From NCBI GenBank assembly GCA_964016885.1, contig OZ024755.1, forward strand, positions 1,984,001 through 2,048,000: DNA of 64,000 nt, written 5' to 3'. The notes beneath the pieces were generated by a model. It had not been told where the DNA came from, searched no databases, and saw only the letters and a list, made by a program, of their open reading frames with translations. The translations under genes were made by a program, and so were the position numbers. Shown here piece by piece: positions 41,245-55,424 of this stretch (its first letter is position 1; every line of letters starts with the position of its first letter). The stretch is from Eledone cirrhosa. Its lineage: Eukaryota.

Positions 41245-41302
41245 ACTGCCTGATGAGGTCATAGCCATTCAATAGCTATCATCGAAATATATATATAGCA
41301 GT
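41245..41302 (+). ncRNA. Type-I hammerhead ribozyme fold (minimal, PLE-type)
   Basis: ACTGC-CTGATGA-GGTCATAGC[cattcaata]GCTATCATC-GAAA-TATATATA-TA|GCAGT: intact core with stems I, II and III. Confidence 0.75.
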
Positions 41303-41343
41303 AAATAACGGATTATGAGTTCATGAAATTGACTTATGTTTCG

Positions 41344-41395
<52 letters not shown>

Positions 41396-42282
41396 CTTCG
41401 TTTTTGAATTGGCAGCATGACACTCCCAAAATATAATATATATAGACTAAGGAAGATGTGAAGTTCAGTGTAGATGTTAAAGAGTCCTTTATTAAAGCTG
41501 TGATACACATTTCAATGACAATTGTGGCTATATGATAGTTCAAGCACGTAACTGGTCACGTGATATCATCAGATATCATCTTTACGCAATAAGGTTATAT
41601 TTCCAAGGCAATCTAATCCATGGATATGGTGGGGTTTTTTGGGGGGTTGGGGGTGGGGGTATTTTAAGCCTGGCAGAGCCCATCCCTCTCCAGGCCTCAG
41701 GTTGGTAGGAAAATGGTTAAATAAAAATATAGCGACAGTTTATGAATCAGGCGAAACATGGCAGACAATAGCTCTGTTTGCAGAGAAACAAATATGGCTA
41801 AACAAACTAGAGATGGAAGGAGGGGCAGGTATACTATAGAGATGGAAGGAGGGGCAGGTATACTTCTTAGTTTAAATTTTTATAATTTTATTTTCTGTCT
41901 TATTCCATATTTGTAAAGAAAGGAAGAAGGTTTTTTTGTGATAGAAAACTATTTTGAAATTAATTCTTAAAGCACTCAGCAGTCATATTTTATATGTGTG
42001 TACATGTGTGTACATCTGTACATCTGTACATATGCATATATATATGTGTTTGTGTGTGTATATCTACATATATGTATGTGTTTGTGTGTGTGTGTATATC
42101 TACATATATGTATGTGTTTGTGTGTGCATATCTACATATATGTATGTGTTTGTGTGTATATCTGTACATATGCATATATGTATGTGTTTGTGTGTGTTTG
42201 TGTGTATATCTACATATATGTATGTGTTTGTGTGTGTATATCTACATATATGTATGTGTTTGTGTGTGCACATCTACATATA

Positions 42283-42327
<45 letters not shown>

Positions 42328-44057
42328 ATGTCTACCATAGACACCCAGTTATAAACATGTTGAACACACAACATCTGTTATGGGTTCACTGTCCCAGGTG
42401 GAAGGACAACATTCCAAAAAAGAATATGTACCGTGTGTGTGTGTGCGTGTGCAAGTGCGTGTGTGCAAGTGTGTGTGTATGCAAGTGTGTGTGTGCGTGT
42501 GTGTGTGTGAATGGCTCAGAGAACGTCTGCAACAGTAAATTACACAGATTACTGACGAAAAGGGAACTCTGAAGAAGAAGGGGAGGAGGAGGAAGGTGTG
42601 AGGAAGAGGAAGGTGTGAGGAATGGGAGGGTGTGAGGAACAGGAGGGTGAGGAAGGGGAGGGTGTGAGGAACAGGAGGGTGAGGAAGGGGAGGGTGTGAG
42701 GAAGGGGAAGGGGAGGGTGTGAGGAGGAGGGTGTGAGGAAGGGGAGGGTGTGAGGAGGAGGAGGGTGTAAGGAGGAGGAAGACTGCAGTCTTACTTTACA
42801 GAAAGTAGAATTACTTAAAGACAACAAGAAGAAGTTCCAAAGATGTCCCTAGTTTTATTTACCTGTCTTACTAAACTGTGGTAGTAGTAACAACACAATA
42901 TATATACTACTACTACTACTACTTCATACACACATACACATATATATATATACACACACACACACATATATATACACACACACACACACATATATATATA
43001 CACACACACACACACACATATATATATACACACACACACACATATATATATACACACACCACATATATATATACACACACACATACTACTTCACACACAC
43101 ACACACACACACCGTACTGCTCCTCCCCCACACAACACACCTTTATTTTGTTTTTACTAATAAGAGTAGAATTATTGAAGCCAGTTTCTCACTCACCCGC
43201 CCTACCGTACCTCCCGCCCCACCGTACCTCCTGCTACACCATACCTCCCACCCCACCATACCTCCCGCCCCACCATACCTGCCGCTAAACCGTACCTCCC
43301 ACCTCTGCCGTTTATTCTAATATATAACGACACACAGAGGTAAGATGAATGGAGAACTAGCAGCAATGAAAGACTAAATATATTTATTCTAAACAGACAC
43401 AACAGCCCCATGTGTATCTAACACACATCAACTAGTTATTGTTCTTATATACACAGGCTGGCCCAATAAAATGTATACACACGTCAACAGCATTCTAATC
43501 AAAGTGTGTATACATTATTTGGGGAGCCCCTGTATATGAGGCGGTTTGATCTTTGAAGACAAATTACGTGTGTGGCTGTGGATACCATACAAAGTTAAAC
43601 CTGCAGTAATAACATGCAACGGGAATTACAACATCCCAGCTATCATTACACAAGGCTCTCCCTTGGCTTACCATGAAAGCTCCTTTATGCTTCGGCAAAA
43701 CAAAAAAACAATTGTAATTGCTATGAACATGTACACTGCATAAAATGTCTACAGAATATATATATATAAACACACATAAATATATCATCGTCATCATTGT
43801 TTAACGTCTATCTTCCATGCTAGCATGGGTTATATATATATATATATTTATATGTGTAAGTATATGTATATATGTGTCTGTTTGTGTGTGTGTGTGCATA
43901 TATTTGTGTGCATAATCAGCGTGTCCCCCCAAAATGTTTGCACAGCATTCTAATAAATATTGCCAGTACAGGTAATCAAAGTGTGTATACATTTTTGGGG
44001 TACCCTGTATATAATAATAATGAAAATTATTGTGTATAGTGCTCTGGGTGTGCACCC

Positions 44058-44105
<48 letters not shown>

Positions 44106-44117
44106 GGGTGTGTATGC

Positions 44118-44213
<96 letters not shown>

Positions 44214-44786
44214 GTACAGATACAGTACTGGATTAACCAAGACAAGTTACTGTGAATATAAACATTCAGTATATTGACATGTATACATGTCAATATATGT
44301 ATTTCCCCAGAGGAAATACTAAACACTTATTGATGTCTCATCAAAGTATATCTAAATTATTAAACAACCACACAGAAATACATAACTGATGGCCCTATAA
44401 AGCCTACTGGATGTAGGACTAACCAAGAAATGGAGGTGATAACTTGTATGTTATTGGTGATTACATATATATATATATATAGTAGGCACCTCTAACAAAA
44501 ATACACCCCAGTCCCACTACCCCCGTCCCATCCACACCACCCCTTTCAATGTAAAGTTATGTTGGTACCACAACATCCAGTCCTAAATAAATGAGGTCGT
44601 GTAGGTGTCCTATATGAGCAAGACAACCAATCTTGCCTCAAGTGGGAAAATTCCCGTCCAAACCCATGCTAGCGTGGAAGATGGACGTTAAACGATGATG
44701 ATGATGATGATTAGAAAGAGGTGGGGCTTGACAGCTGAGCTCTTGCCATTTCAACAGCTAGTTCCAGACTTAAAACAGACTTAATA

Positions 44787-44821
<35 letters not shown>

Positions 44822-45174
44822 ATAATTGTTTCTACTTTAGGCACAAGGCCAGCAATTACCCAGTGCATTACTGGTACTTTATTTTATCGACCCCGTAAGG
44901 ATGAAAGGCAAAGTCAACTATATAGTAATAATAATAAATGTCAAGACTAAAATCTGAAGGGAGTTCGATAAGGATAATATATATATATATCAAATATAAA
45001 ACTATAGAGCAAATATTTATATAACAGAATATAAGCAAAGAATCGCTGCTTCCACCCTTAACCTTTCAGAAGATCCCGTTAAGGGTGAAAGCAGCGATTC
45101 TTTGCTTAAACTTTAATCTGTTATTTTAATATATATATATATATTTCTATAAAGTTGTTAAATCAATCTTTACA

Positions 45175-45510
45175 ATGTGTTATGGTCCCTATCCCATTAG
45201 GAAGGAGGATTTGAAGTTCAGACTGCAAGATAGGTCTCTGTGGGTGGTGCAGGTCTCTGTGGGTGGTGCAAGTCTCTGTGGGTGGTGCAGGTCTCTGTGG
45301 GTGGTGCAAGTCTCTGTGGGTGGTGCAAGTCTCTGTGGGTGGTGCAGGTCTCTGTGGGTGGTGCAAGTTTATACACCAAACAGGTCCTTCCTTGATGAAG
45401 TCACTGCAGCGTTAGATGTAGTTAAGACTGAGTCATATATCATGATGGGTGACATCAATACACATGTTGGCAGTGACCACTTGACATGGAGAGGAGTGAT
45501 TGGAAATATC
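45175..45510 (+). mobile_element. LINE AP-endonuclease relic with an internal 19-bp tandem repeat
   Basis: VVQVYTP..FLDEV...MGDINTHVG...WRGVIG; ggtctctgtgggtggtgca about 7 times. Confidence 0.65.
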
Positions 45511-45799
45511 ACAAAACTTAAATTTACAATGGACAGCAATCTCAGTAATATTATAAATAATTATTACACTTTACTTTGGTATTGAGTACTTTTTTTCATC
45601 TTTGAAAATATAAACACATGTTTGTAAACACATATAAATACATGTCTCCAAACACTTATACAGACACAAAACATAGGTAAACTAATGTGTAAATCTACAC
45701 ATCCTTTACTTCTGTGTTTCATTCCATGTTTTCAGAAGTGTTTTAATTATTTCTTACAGAAAATATGTAACAGAATATTGTAATATTTGAGTTGTAGAG

Positions 45800-46068
45800 A
45801 GTTATAATAAACCACATGTAGTTATAACAAACTACATGTAATTATAATAAACTACATGTAGTTATAATAAACTACATGTAGTTATAATAAACTACATGTA
45901 TAGTTATAATAAACAACATGTAGTTATAATAAACCACCTGTATAGTTATAATAAACTACATGTATAGTTATAATAAACCACATGTAGTTATAACAAACTA
46001 CATGTAATTATAATAAACTACATGTAGTTATAATAAACCACATGTATAGTTATAATAAACAACATGTA
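45800..46068. repeat. 20-22-bp AT-rich minisatellite
   Basis: catgtagttataataaacta. Confidence 0.9.
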
Positions 46069-46755
46069 CACCTGTACAGTACGTTCTGTTTACTGTTTCT
46101 TTTTTGTTGCCAAAACACACTTTACACATAAGCATATATCTACACACACACACAGACACACATTCACCCACACAATCACACACAATCACACACACACACA
46201 ATCAGTCATTCATAGAAACACACAGATTCCCAATGGTGTATTCTCTATACACTCTATACACTTCACTAAACACCTATTTTCAAGAACAATCCGTATTTGG
46301 CAAGTCGAAAATGGAAATCTATGAGTAAATGTGAGGAAATAATAAACTGGAAGATAGAAGTAGAAAATGAAAATCTCTGCTCTTCAATGATGAAGATGTT
46401 TGCTGTAATTTTATCGATAGTATGAAACAAGAGTGTGGTGAGGGTTGACGCCAAGTGTTACAAGAAACCAATAATGAACTAGCAAGTATAACAGTACAGC
46501 TGCATGAATCCATAGCTTTGTTCACAAGAGAAGAAAGACGGGGATAGCAGGTGATACTACTAACTATAGAGAAACTCAGACTACTTCATTTAGTCTTGTA
46601 CTCTACATCTAACATTGCTATCTCATCAAACCTGGGTTCTGATTAAACTGAGAAACACCCTCTAACATTTGTTTGTTGTTGTTGTTGTTGGACCTTATGT
46701 CAGAGCTGATCCAGCAGATCTGTCATCAATGACATAACACTACTGAATGTTACTA

Positions 46756-47362
46756 TCCTACCTTTTGTGGCTGTTGTAAAACATTTCACACTATATTATC
46801 TATTGAGTCCTACCTTTTGTGGCTGTTGTAACACATTTCACACTATATTATCTATTGAGTCCTACCTTTTGTGGCTGTTGTAACACATTTCACACTATAT
46901 TATCTATTGAGTCCTACCTTTTGTTGCTGTTGTAACACATTTCACACTATATTATCTATTGAGTCCTACCTTTTGTGGCTGTTGTAAAACATTTCACACT
47001 ATATTATCTATTGAGTCCTACCTTTTGTTGCTGTTGTAACACATTTCACACTATATTATCTATTGAGTCCTACCTTTTGTGGCTGTTGTAAAACATTTCA
47101 CACTATATTATCTATTGAGTCCTACCTTTTGTGGCTGTTGTAACACATTTCACACTATATTATCTATTGAGTCCTACCTTTTGTGGCTGTTGTAACACAT
47201 TTCACACTATATTATCTATTGAGTCCTACCTTTTGTGGCTGTTGTAATACATTTCACACTATATTATCTATTGAGTCCTACCTTTTGTTGCTGTTGTAAC
47301 ACATTTCACACTATATTATCTATTGAGTCCTACCTTTTGTTGCTGTTGTAACACATTTCACA
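46756..47362. repeat. 52-bp minisatellite, about 11-12 copies
   Basis: tcctaccttttgtggctgttgtaacacatttcacactatattatctattgag. Confidence 0.95.
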
Positions 47363-48059
47363 GTATAGTGGTTTAGTGTTGGTGATGGTGATGATGTAGT
47401 CCCTGAGAAGGTTGATGATGATGATGTGTTGTTTACACATTTTAAAAAGTATTCAATGTTGAGGGTGTGGTGTGGTGTGGTGTGGGTTGGTCTGGTGTAG
47501 GGTGGTGTGGTGTGGTAGTGTGGTGTGGTAGTGTAGTGTGGTGTGGTGTGGTGTAGTGTGGTGGTTAAAGGAGACAGAGATGGAAAATAGAACAAACCAG
47601 AAAGAAAAGAAACATAAAAAGAAAATAGAACAAATGAAAAAGAAATGAAAAACCAGGAAAGAATTTCTTTTAAAGAAACTTCAATATCAGAAAACAAAGA
47701 GAAATATTCCAGCTTATTACACATAATTTCATCTTGTCTCAACTTATGCTGGTTGTTATTTACTATTTAGGTCACCATTATCTACACCGCCACCCCCACC
47801 ACACCAATACACCCCACCCCCACCCCACCACACACACCTGATTCTGTTATCTATATCTTTATAATTCTTTAGACATATCTTCCTGATGTCATCAATATTG
47901 TTACTACTCTAAATAGATTTATTGCTAGAAATATGGCAGACCATTCTTAAGACATTCTTTACTGATGCCAATCTCTTTTCTTCACTCTACATATTCTTTC
48001 TGAGGTGACAATATGGTTGTTGTTGCAGCTGTAGTTATTGTAGTAGAGGCCGTAGTCCC

Positions 48060-48280
48060 CCTCAAACACTCCCTCTCCAGAGGGTCCTGTCCGAAGTAAC
48101 CGTCTCCAACTGATCTGACTGGATCCTCAAGCAAGACCAGCCAAGCTCAGGGATGTTATCCAACCATCTTACTCTGGGGTCTACCCCAGCGTCTCCTGTC
48201 AGTTGGTTTTGCCTGTAAAATCTGTCCAACGATTCTTTCCTGAGACATTCTAACCACAGGGTCATAGTATCAGAGTTAAC
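48060..48280 (-). mobile_element. RTE-like LINE 3' relic
   Basis: PRVRWLDNI...DRTLWR; adjacent sequence is shared with the 64-bp triplication at 39605-39800. Confidence 0.6.
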
Positions 48281-48854
48281 ATCATCATCATCATCATCAT
48301 AATAACTTATCTGTATTCCCTGCTAGTTATTAGTAATAATTTCGTTTATACAAACCAATGGCGATACTCACTATAGAGTTACTAAAACTATCATCATCAT
48401 CCTCATCATTTTAACACACATTTTTCACTGTTAGAAAGGATTATATGAGATATGGTACTGTAATTTCCATGAAATCACATCCTACCACCTTAAAAAATGG
48501 AAGGCAATATTAGATGAAGCAGTTTTAGATAGACTATGCCTGAGTACGTTGGATCACAGGGCTCGTGAATTATGGCTGACTTGAAGCTACATAACATCAA
48601 ATATATCGTATATACTCTTGTATATGATGAGACAGCTAATCGACACATTATGTTGAGATGGTTTCTAATTCTCACGGGTCGAGAATATATTTATCAACTT
48701 TTAATATATTTTAAATGTTTTAAGTATCGTTTAGAATATAATTTTTTTTTCACACTCCATTATGTAATAATTTTTCATCAATTTCTGACTGTTTTGAAGG
48801 TAATAAAGGTTATATATATATATATAATTGAATTTGAATATAGAAGAGAGAAAA

Positions 48855-48902
<48 letters not shown>

Positions 48903-48996
48903 TTATGTAAAAGGTAAACAGAAATAACAACACAATCGGTACAGTATATGGAAGGTATATATTAAGTTAACATTTGATATAGCAGGAAGAGGGTCT

Positions 48997-49025
48997 TAAC
49001 GTTTCGGACACTGGTCCTTCATCAG
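48997..49025 (-). ncRNA. Truncated PLE-type hammerhead core
   Basis: CTGATGA-A-GGAC[cagt]GTCC-GAAACGTT; the 5' strand of stem I is replaced by (TA)n. Confidence 0.5.
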
Positions 49026-49155
49026 ATATATATATATATAGAGAGAGTAAATGTTAACATGTAAAAGACAAAAGCACTGCAATAGATATTCAGGAAAAAA
49101 AACAACAGAAATCACAGAAGATAAAGGAAGATATGTGAAAAATATTTCTACTTAC

Positions 49156-49246
49156 GATGAGTGCACATTGCAATCAAAGAACGTAAAATTTACAGAGACA
49201 AAATCCTTGTCACCAACTCTAACAGACAGCTTCATCACGATATGAT
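49156..49246 (-). CDS. PLXNA: Plexin exon (DHIVMKLSVRVGDKDFVSVNFTFFDCNVHSS), start of PSI2
   Basis: Not in the ORF track; ttttcag acceptor, gtaagt donor; FFDC..HSS matches the entry to plexin PSI2. Confidence 0.9.
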
Positions 49247-49740
49247 CTGAAAAGTAAGGAGAAAAGGGAAAAATAATATATAGTTTCTTTCACATAATGA
49301 TGTGATATAAGGAAAACTAAAAAAATATTCCAGTTAAAAAGTGACAATTTTTTACCAAGATCCTGCCTGTCATTTTCAAATAATTGTTTAACTAATTACG
49401 ATTTTGGTGGGGATTTAATAACACAGGGTCTCCCTAAAATCCGGGACACATTGGCAAACATGAATATTTTCAATAATAAATAATTTCAACATATATATAT
49501 ATGATGTCATTACAAATAGATCCTCAACTATTACTATACATATATATATCAGGACGCGCGAAGAGGATGTTTTTGATGCTAACATCCCAGTGAGAGAATT
49601 TGCTCCGAAATCATTAGACGTGTCCGTCGAACCTGCGGATCCAGAATCAGACAGATTCACACAATGATCGCGTCTCGAGCTGTCTGCCGGTGAAACAATT
49701 GTAACACACAGAGTTCAGATGCATCACTGAATTTTCGTTT

Positions 49741-49791
<51 letters not shown>

Positions 49792-49796
<5 letters not shown>

Positions 49797-49890
49797 ATAT
49801 TTGGGGAGGGTCATATTTGCGTAATATTGCCAGAATTAATAACAGAACACACTCACTGTTTGGTTGGTTTTCGCTTCTCGCTGTCTTTTA
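49792..49890 (+). mobile_element. Dispersed (TA)n-anchored repeat TGTTATATTTGGGGAGGGTCAT... (also about 17762-17862 -, 18625-18695 -, 22628-22720 +)
   Basis: Four copies align by eye. Confidence 0.7.
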
Positions 49891-50001
49891 TATATATATA
49901 TCTGCGATCTAACTTACTCGGTCCTCAATGTTGCCATTGACTGACCGGCGGTCAAAAATAATACAGATACAATATAGACAAACACATATATATATAGTTT
50001 A

Positions 50002-50083
50002 CATAAATCTTTCGTTGCACATCTGCAACATCGTCAGTGGTGTTATATTCATTGTTCCTCCTGTTGTGTTGTATGTCTACGCC
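50002..50083 (-). ncRNA. Hammerhead-like core in a dispersed repeat (second copy at 17577-17664, +)
   Basis: CTGACGA-T-GTTGCA[gatg]TGCAAC-GAAA; the 17.6-kb copy reads CTGATGA-T-GTTGCA[gatg]TGCAAC-AAAA with matching upstream sequence. Confidence 0.5.
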
Positions 50084-50277
50084 ATTTTTTTTTTTTGTTC
50101 AGTCTGTCTATATATTTATATATATTCAAGTAAGAATATTTTCGAAACAGCGAGTGGGTTTGAAATTATTAGAAATGTAAGCTATCGCCGTATTTTGACT
50201 AAAGAAATTAAAGAAATTATTTAGCCTGATAGTGGGGTTAAGAACCCTCGGAGACATGGAAAAAGATGAGTATTGAC

Positions 50278-50313
<36 letters not shown>

Positions 50314-50460
50314 CAGAGTTTTCTAGCTTGCTTGAAGCATTGTTGAAGAGGAAACACAAATTTAAATTTTGAAAACCAAACAATGCGTTAATAAGAACAT
50401 TGGTTTTCAAAATTTAAATTTGTGTTTCATATATATATGTGTGTGTATATACATATATAC

Positions 50461-50542
<82 letters not shown>

Positions 50543-50625
50543 ATATACATATGCAAGCGTGGAACATGGACGTTAAACGATGATGATGAAAGATGATGAT
50601 ATACGTGTGTATATACATATATATA

Positions 50626-50672
<47 letters not shown>

Positions 50673-50779
50673 TTGTAATGACATCATTGTAGAGGTTTTT
50701 GTGTTCCCTGTCTATCAATCAATCAGTTTTATTTTAGAGAAGTTATTTTTCAAGATAATTTCTCCTCCTGTAAACTGTG

Positions 50780-51290
50780 GAGAAGACACCTATAGCCATA
50801 GCTAGAGCCATAGTGAGGAGACTGGAGACTGGGGATGTGAAGAAGACACCTACAACCATAGCTAGAGCCATAGTGAGGAGACTGGAGACTGGGGATGTGA
50901 AGAAGACACCTACAGCCATAGCTAGAGCCATAGTGAGGAGACTGGAGACTGGGGATGTGAAGAAGACACCTCCAACCATAGCTAGAGCCATAGTGAGGAG
51001 ACTGGAGACTGGGGATGTGAAGAAGACACCTACAGCCATAGCTAGAGCCATAGTGAGGAGACTGGAGACTGGGGATGTGAAGAAGACACCTACAGCCATA
51101 GCTACAGCCATAGTGAGGAGACTGGAGACTGGGGATGTGAAGAAGACACCTACAGCCATAGTGAGGAGACTGGAGACTGGGGATGTGAAGAAGACACCTA
51201 CAGCCATAGCTAGAGCCATAGTGAGGAGACTGGAGACTGGGGATGTGAAGAAGACACCTACAGCCATAGTGAGGAGACTGGAGACTGGGG
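50780..51290. repeat. 60-bp minisatellite with 48-bp variants, about 9 copies
   Basis: agaagacacctacagccatagctagagccatagtgaggagactggagactggggatgtga. Confidence 0.95.
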
Positions 51291-51633
51291 AATGTTAGAG
51301 AGAAAGATGGGAGGTTTATGGAAGTCCAGAGACTGGAGTGAAGTGAATTAACATAAAAATACAACTGAGTGAATGAGTGCAAGATGAAATGAGTCACATA
51401 GTATATGGCAATGTGAGTGTGTGTAAGAGAGAGAGAGAGTGTGTGTGAGTGGGGTGTGTGAGTGAGTGTGTGCATGTGTGTGTGTGAGTGTTGTGTGTGT
51501 GTGGTGTGGTGTGCGTGTGGTGTGTAAGTGTGGTGTGTGTGGTGTGCGGGGGCGGGGGGTAATGTGGGGCTGTGTGTGTGGGGTGTGTGAGTGGTGTGTG
51601 TGTGTGGGGTGTGTGTGTGGTGTGTGAGTGGTG

Positions 51634-51683
<50 letters not shown>

Positions 51684-51862
51684 ATTTAAGAATGAGAGGG
51701 AGAGAATATAAGTGAATGGAAGAAGGAAGAGAGAATTTAAGAATGAGTGTGAGTGGTATTCTGTGAGAGAGTGTGTGGGAGGGAGAGAGAGAGAGAGAGT
51801 GTGTGTGGGAGAGAGAGAGAGTGTGTGGGAGAGAGAGAGAGAGAGTGTGTGTGTGAGAGAGT

Positions 51863-51931
<69 letters not shown>

Positions 51932-52122
51932 AAGTGAATGTGAGAAGAAATGAGAGAAAGAGTTTAAGAATCAGAATGTGTGAGCAAATTATTCAGTATG
52001 GGAATTGAGAGAGGAGAGGGGAGAGGAGAGAGGGTGGAAAGAAGGGGGGGGGGGCTCAGTAATAGAAACAGGTGAGGGTGGTGGTGGAGGAAAGATTAAG
52101 AAAAACAAAGTAACAAGAACAA

Positions 52123-52184
<62 letters not shown>

Positions 52185-52793
52185 ATGTTGAACAGGTTTA
52201 GTAGAATGAACGAAATTAAAAAGATTTTGCATATGAAAGGACCTTTTCCATCAGTAAAAATAGTAATCAATAAAGAGAAGAGGTGAACATTACGATTCTC
52301 TTAAATATAATGGCACCAGAGTGGTTTGCTAATATCGGCAGGAATTCACCCAATTCAGCGACAAGTAGGAATTATCACATAAACAATTTGATATCAATAA
52401 GAGCTTTTATGAAGAATTTCCATAAAAATTTTATCACTATGTAGCTTTGAAAATTGGCAATCGTTTTTAAGTAGTGGAAGGGCTTGCTAGTTAGATTTCC
52501 AGATTTTACAGGTGTCTATCTTCTGATACATTCAGGTACACACAAACTTTAACTCATTTAAATAAAATCACAAACAAAGGTCAGCTATATCTTTATAACT
52601 TTTGTGTTGGTAGTAGAGAACAATACAACTACCTCTGTAGAATATACTGCACACCACCAGACCACCTTTTTATAATAGACCACTTCTACACCACAACACA
52701 GCACCTTTTTACTACTACTACTATTACCACCACCACTACTACTACTACCACCACCATCACTACTACTACTACTACTACTATTACCACCACTAT

Positions 52794-52831
<38 letters not shown>

Positions 52832-54949
52832 AAAGAGGCTCTATGTAGTTGCTTGACATGATAAAAATAATAGCCACATTTCATTCAAATCATTGTCTTC
52901 ATTCCTTCACACCATAATTCCTTCATTCTCTACAAGAGACCAATAACCCCCCCCCCCCCCATCTCCCAAAATATCTCAACTTCAAATCCTTCATTCTTTC
53001 ATACAATTTATTCTTTCGGGATGGTTTCTCATTATTTTTTCCTTCCACCAGTCTTATTTTGTAATTAATGACAATGTCTATCTGTCTATTTGTCTCTCTG
53101 TCGTTCTGTCTATCTGTCTGTCTGTCTGTCGTTCTGTCTGTCTCTTTCTTTCCTTCCTTCTATGTGATTTTTTTGGCTGGCAGCTGGAGCCTTTGTTTCT
53201 CGAAGATTCTTTCATTATTACTTTGGCTTGGTGACTTGAATAAATAAATCAACACACTCACAGAAATCCAGAGGCTTCTGCTACCCCCCCCCCCCCCCTC
53301 CCTACCACTATCACCCCTCCCACCACCACAAGTATTTTAGAAAATCTTAATTGAAGGTTTATGAAAACATTGTTGTTGTTTTTATTGTTGTTACTACTAC
53401 CACCACCACCACTACCCCCCCACACCATCACCACAACACCACCACCACCACACCACTACCCCCGCCCTCCACACCTGATGTAACAAGTGTGCCTGTAGTA
53501 CAATAAAACTATTCTTCCAGTACTTTTACTCTTGTGACCAATAAAAGAAATTGTTATATTTATTAGTAGTCAAAGAAATATAACTAGATATCATTAGAAA
53601 GAAATAATTACGATTATTATTATTATTGCCATTCATGTTAGCCCTTGTGGCCAATAAAGAAACCACTGTTATTATTCCCATTATTATTACTATTATTATT
53701 ATTAACCTTTATAGCAATTGTTGTTACTAATCCCTTTGGTTCTACTGCTAGAATTAAAAACATCTTTATTATAACTACTACTACTACCACCACCACCACC
53801 ACCACTACTACTACCACCACCAGCAACACCACCACCACTACTACTACCACCACCACCACCACCACTACCACCACCACCACCACTACTACTACCACCACCA
53901 GCAACACCACCACCACTACTACTACCACCACCACCATCACCACTACTACCACCACCACCACCACCACTACTACTAGCACCACCACCACTACCACCACCAC
54001 CACCACCACTACTACTAGCACCACCACCACCACCACCACCACCACTACTAGCACCACCACCACCACCACTACTACTACCACCACCACCACCAGCAACACC
54101 ACCACCACCACCACCACCACCACTACTACTACCACCACCACCACTACTACTAGCACCACCACCACCACCACCACCACCACCACCACTACTACTAGCACCA
54201 CCACCACCACCCCCTCCCCATCTATTACTTTACATAACAATATTTATAAATCACTACCTTTTCAATCACTTCATATTTTATTTAAGGCAAACAATCTATT
54301 TTTTTTTTGTTTTATTTCAATTGTTTTTTAAAGATTTTTTCATTCTTTTGTTTTTACTGAAACTCATTTTTGTTTTGTTTTTGTTTGATTTTAGATTTTT
54401 TTAAACATTTTTTTTTCCTCTCTTAGATAAAAATAAAATAAAAATATTTATCTATCGGCCGACATATTCTTCAGTCTACATTCTCACAGACAATTGGTTC
54501 TGCCTCTCTTAGTACATAATGCTGAGATGATAATGACATAAATCTAGAATATTCCCAAGGAGGAACTTTCTAAGAATTCATTTTAGAAAACATTGGAAAA
54601 AAAAAAAAAAGATAAAAATGTGATAATTTCTACACAAACATACACATACATATATACACATACACACATGCACACACATACAGGAGAGAGGGAGAGAGAG
54701 AGAGAGAGAGAGGGTTGAACTAAAGAATACTGGAGATCCTCATTCTTATAATGAAAGATCTCCCTCTCTCTCCCCCTTCTCCCTCTCCTTCTCCCTCCCT
54801 CCCTCTCTCTCTCTCTCGTTTCCTGAGTGATTCAGTCGTCAGATGATAGAGTCAGTCACATGACTGAGTTGATCAGTGGTATTGACCTAAAGAACTGATC
54901 AGTAGTATTGATCTAAAGAACTGATTGGCTGAATCTAACTCCATTTTCT

Positions 54950-55080
54950 ACCAGGAAGGTGAGAGCTGACCTCAGATTGCTGAAGCTCACGGAGGAGATG
55001 ACGAAGGACTGTGACGAATGGAGAGATGCTGTGTTGAATAGGACCTGTTCAACCCTTGCAAGCAGGGAAAAGCGGACATA
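54950..55080 (+). mobile_element. RTE-like LINE 3' end
   Basis: RADLRLLKLTEEMTKDCDEWRDAV followed by tail acccttgcaagcagggaaaagcggac. Confidence 0.65.
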
Positions 55081-55393
55081 TGAAGAAGGAGGAGGAGGAG
55101 AAGAAGAAGAAGAAGCTGAAGGAGGAGAAGAAGAAGAAGAAGCTAAAGGAGTTGTGAACTCAGAACAACCTAATGAAGCAATGTCCCTCTGTTTTACAAC
55201 CACTCAGTTATTCCAAGCTCAAAAGATAGTTTAGTGTCTCGGTTTACTACCAATGGTCTCACTATCTGGTTGGATTACATAAGGAATAAATTGGTTTGCC
55301 AAGTGGAAGGAGGAATAATACACATGTTCCAGTCTTATTAAACCTCTTTAGTGATATATAGAGAGAAATAAAACAGGTAGATATGAAATGGGG

Positions 55394-55424
<31 letters not shown>

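Noticed and set aside
42795-42848. Possible exon ending SNSTFCK|gtaag
   Set aside because: The peptide is not plexin-like, and the Cys spacing to FSY does not fit
48372-48381. 10-nt micro-exon candidate (ttttag TAACTCTATA gtgagt, minus strand)
   Set aside because: Weak pyrimidine tract; it would insert residues inside the conserved HSS-C junction; no transcript evidence
50743-51475. Repetitive ORFs in three frames; likewise the 305-aa ORF at 35873-36790
   Set aside because: Unit lengths divisible by 3 (60/48 and 72 bp) keep frames open; there are no splice or domain signals
54817-54850. CTGACGA-CTGA[atcac]TCAG-GAAAC on the minus strand
   Set aside because: Core and stem II are present, but 10.1 is a pyrimidine and (GA)n follows with no NUH or stem I; it cannot be separated from chance
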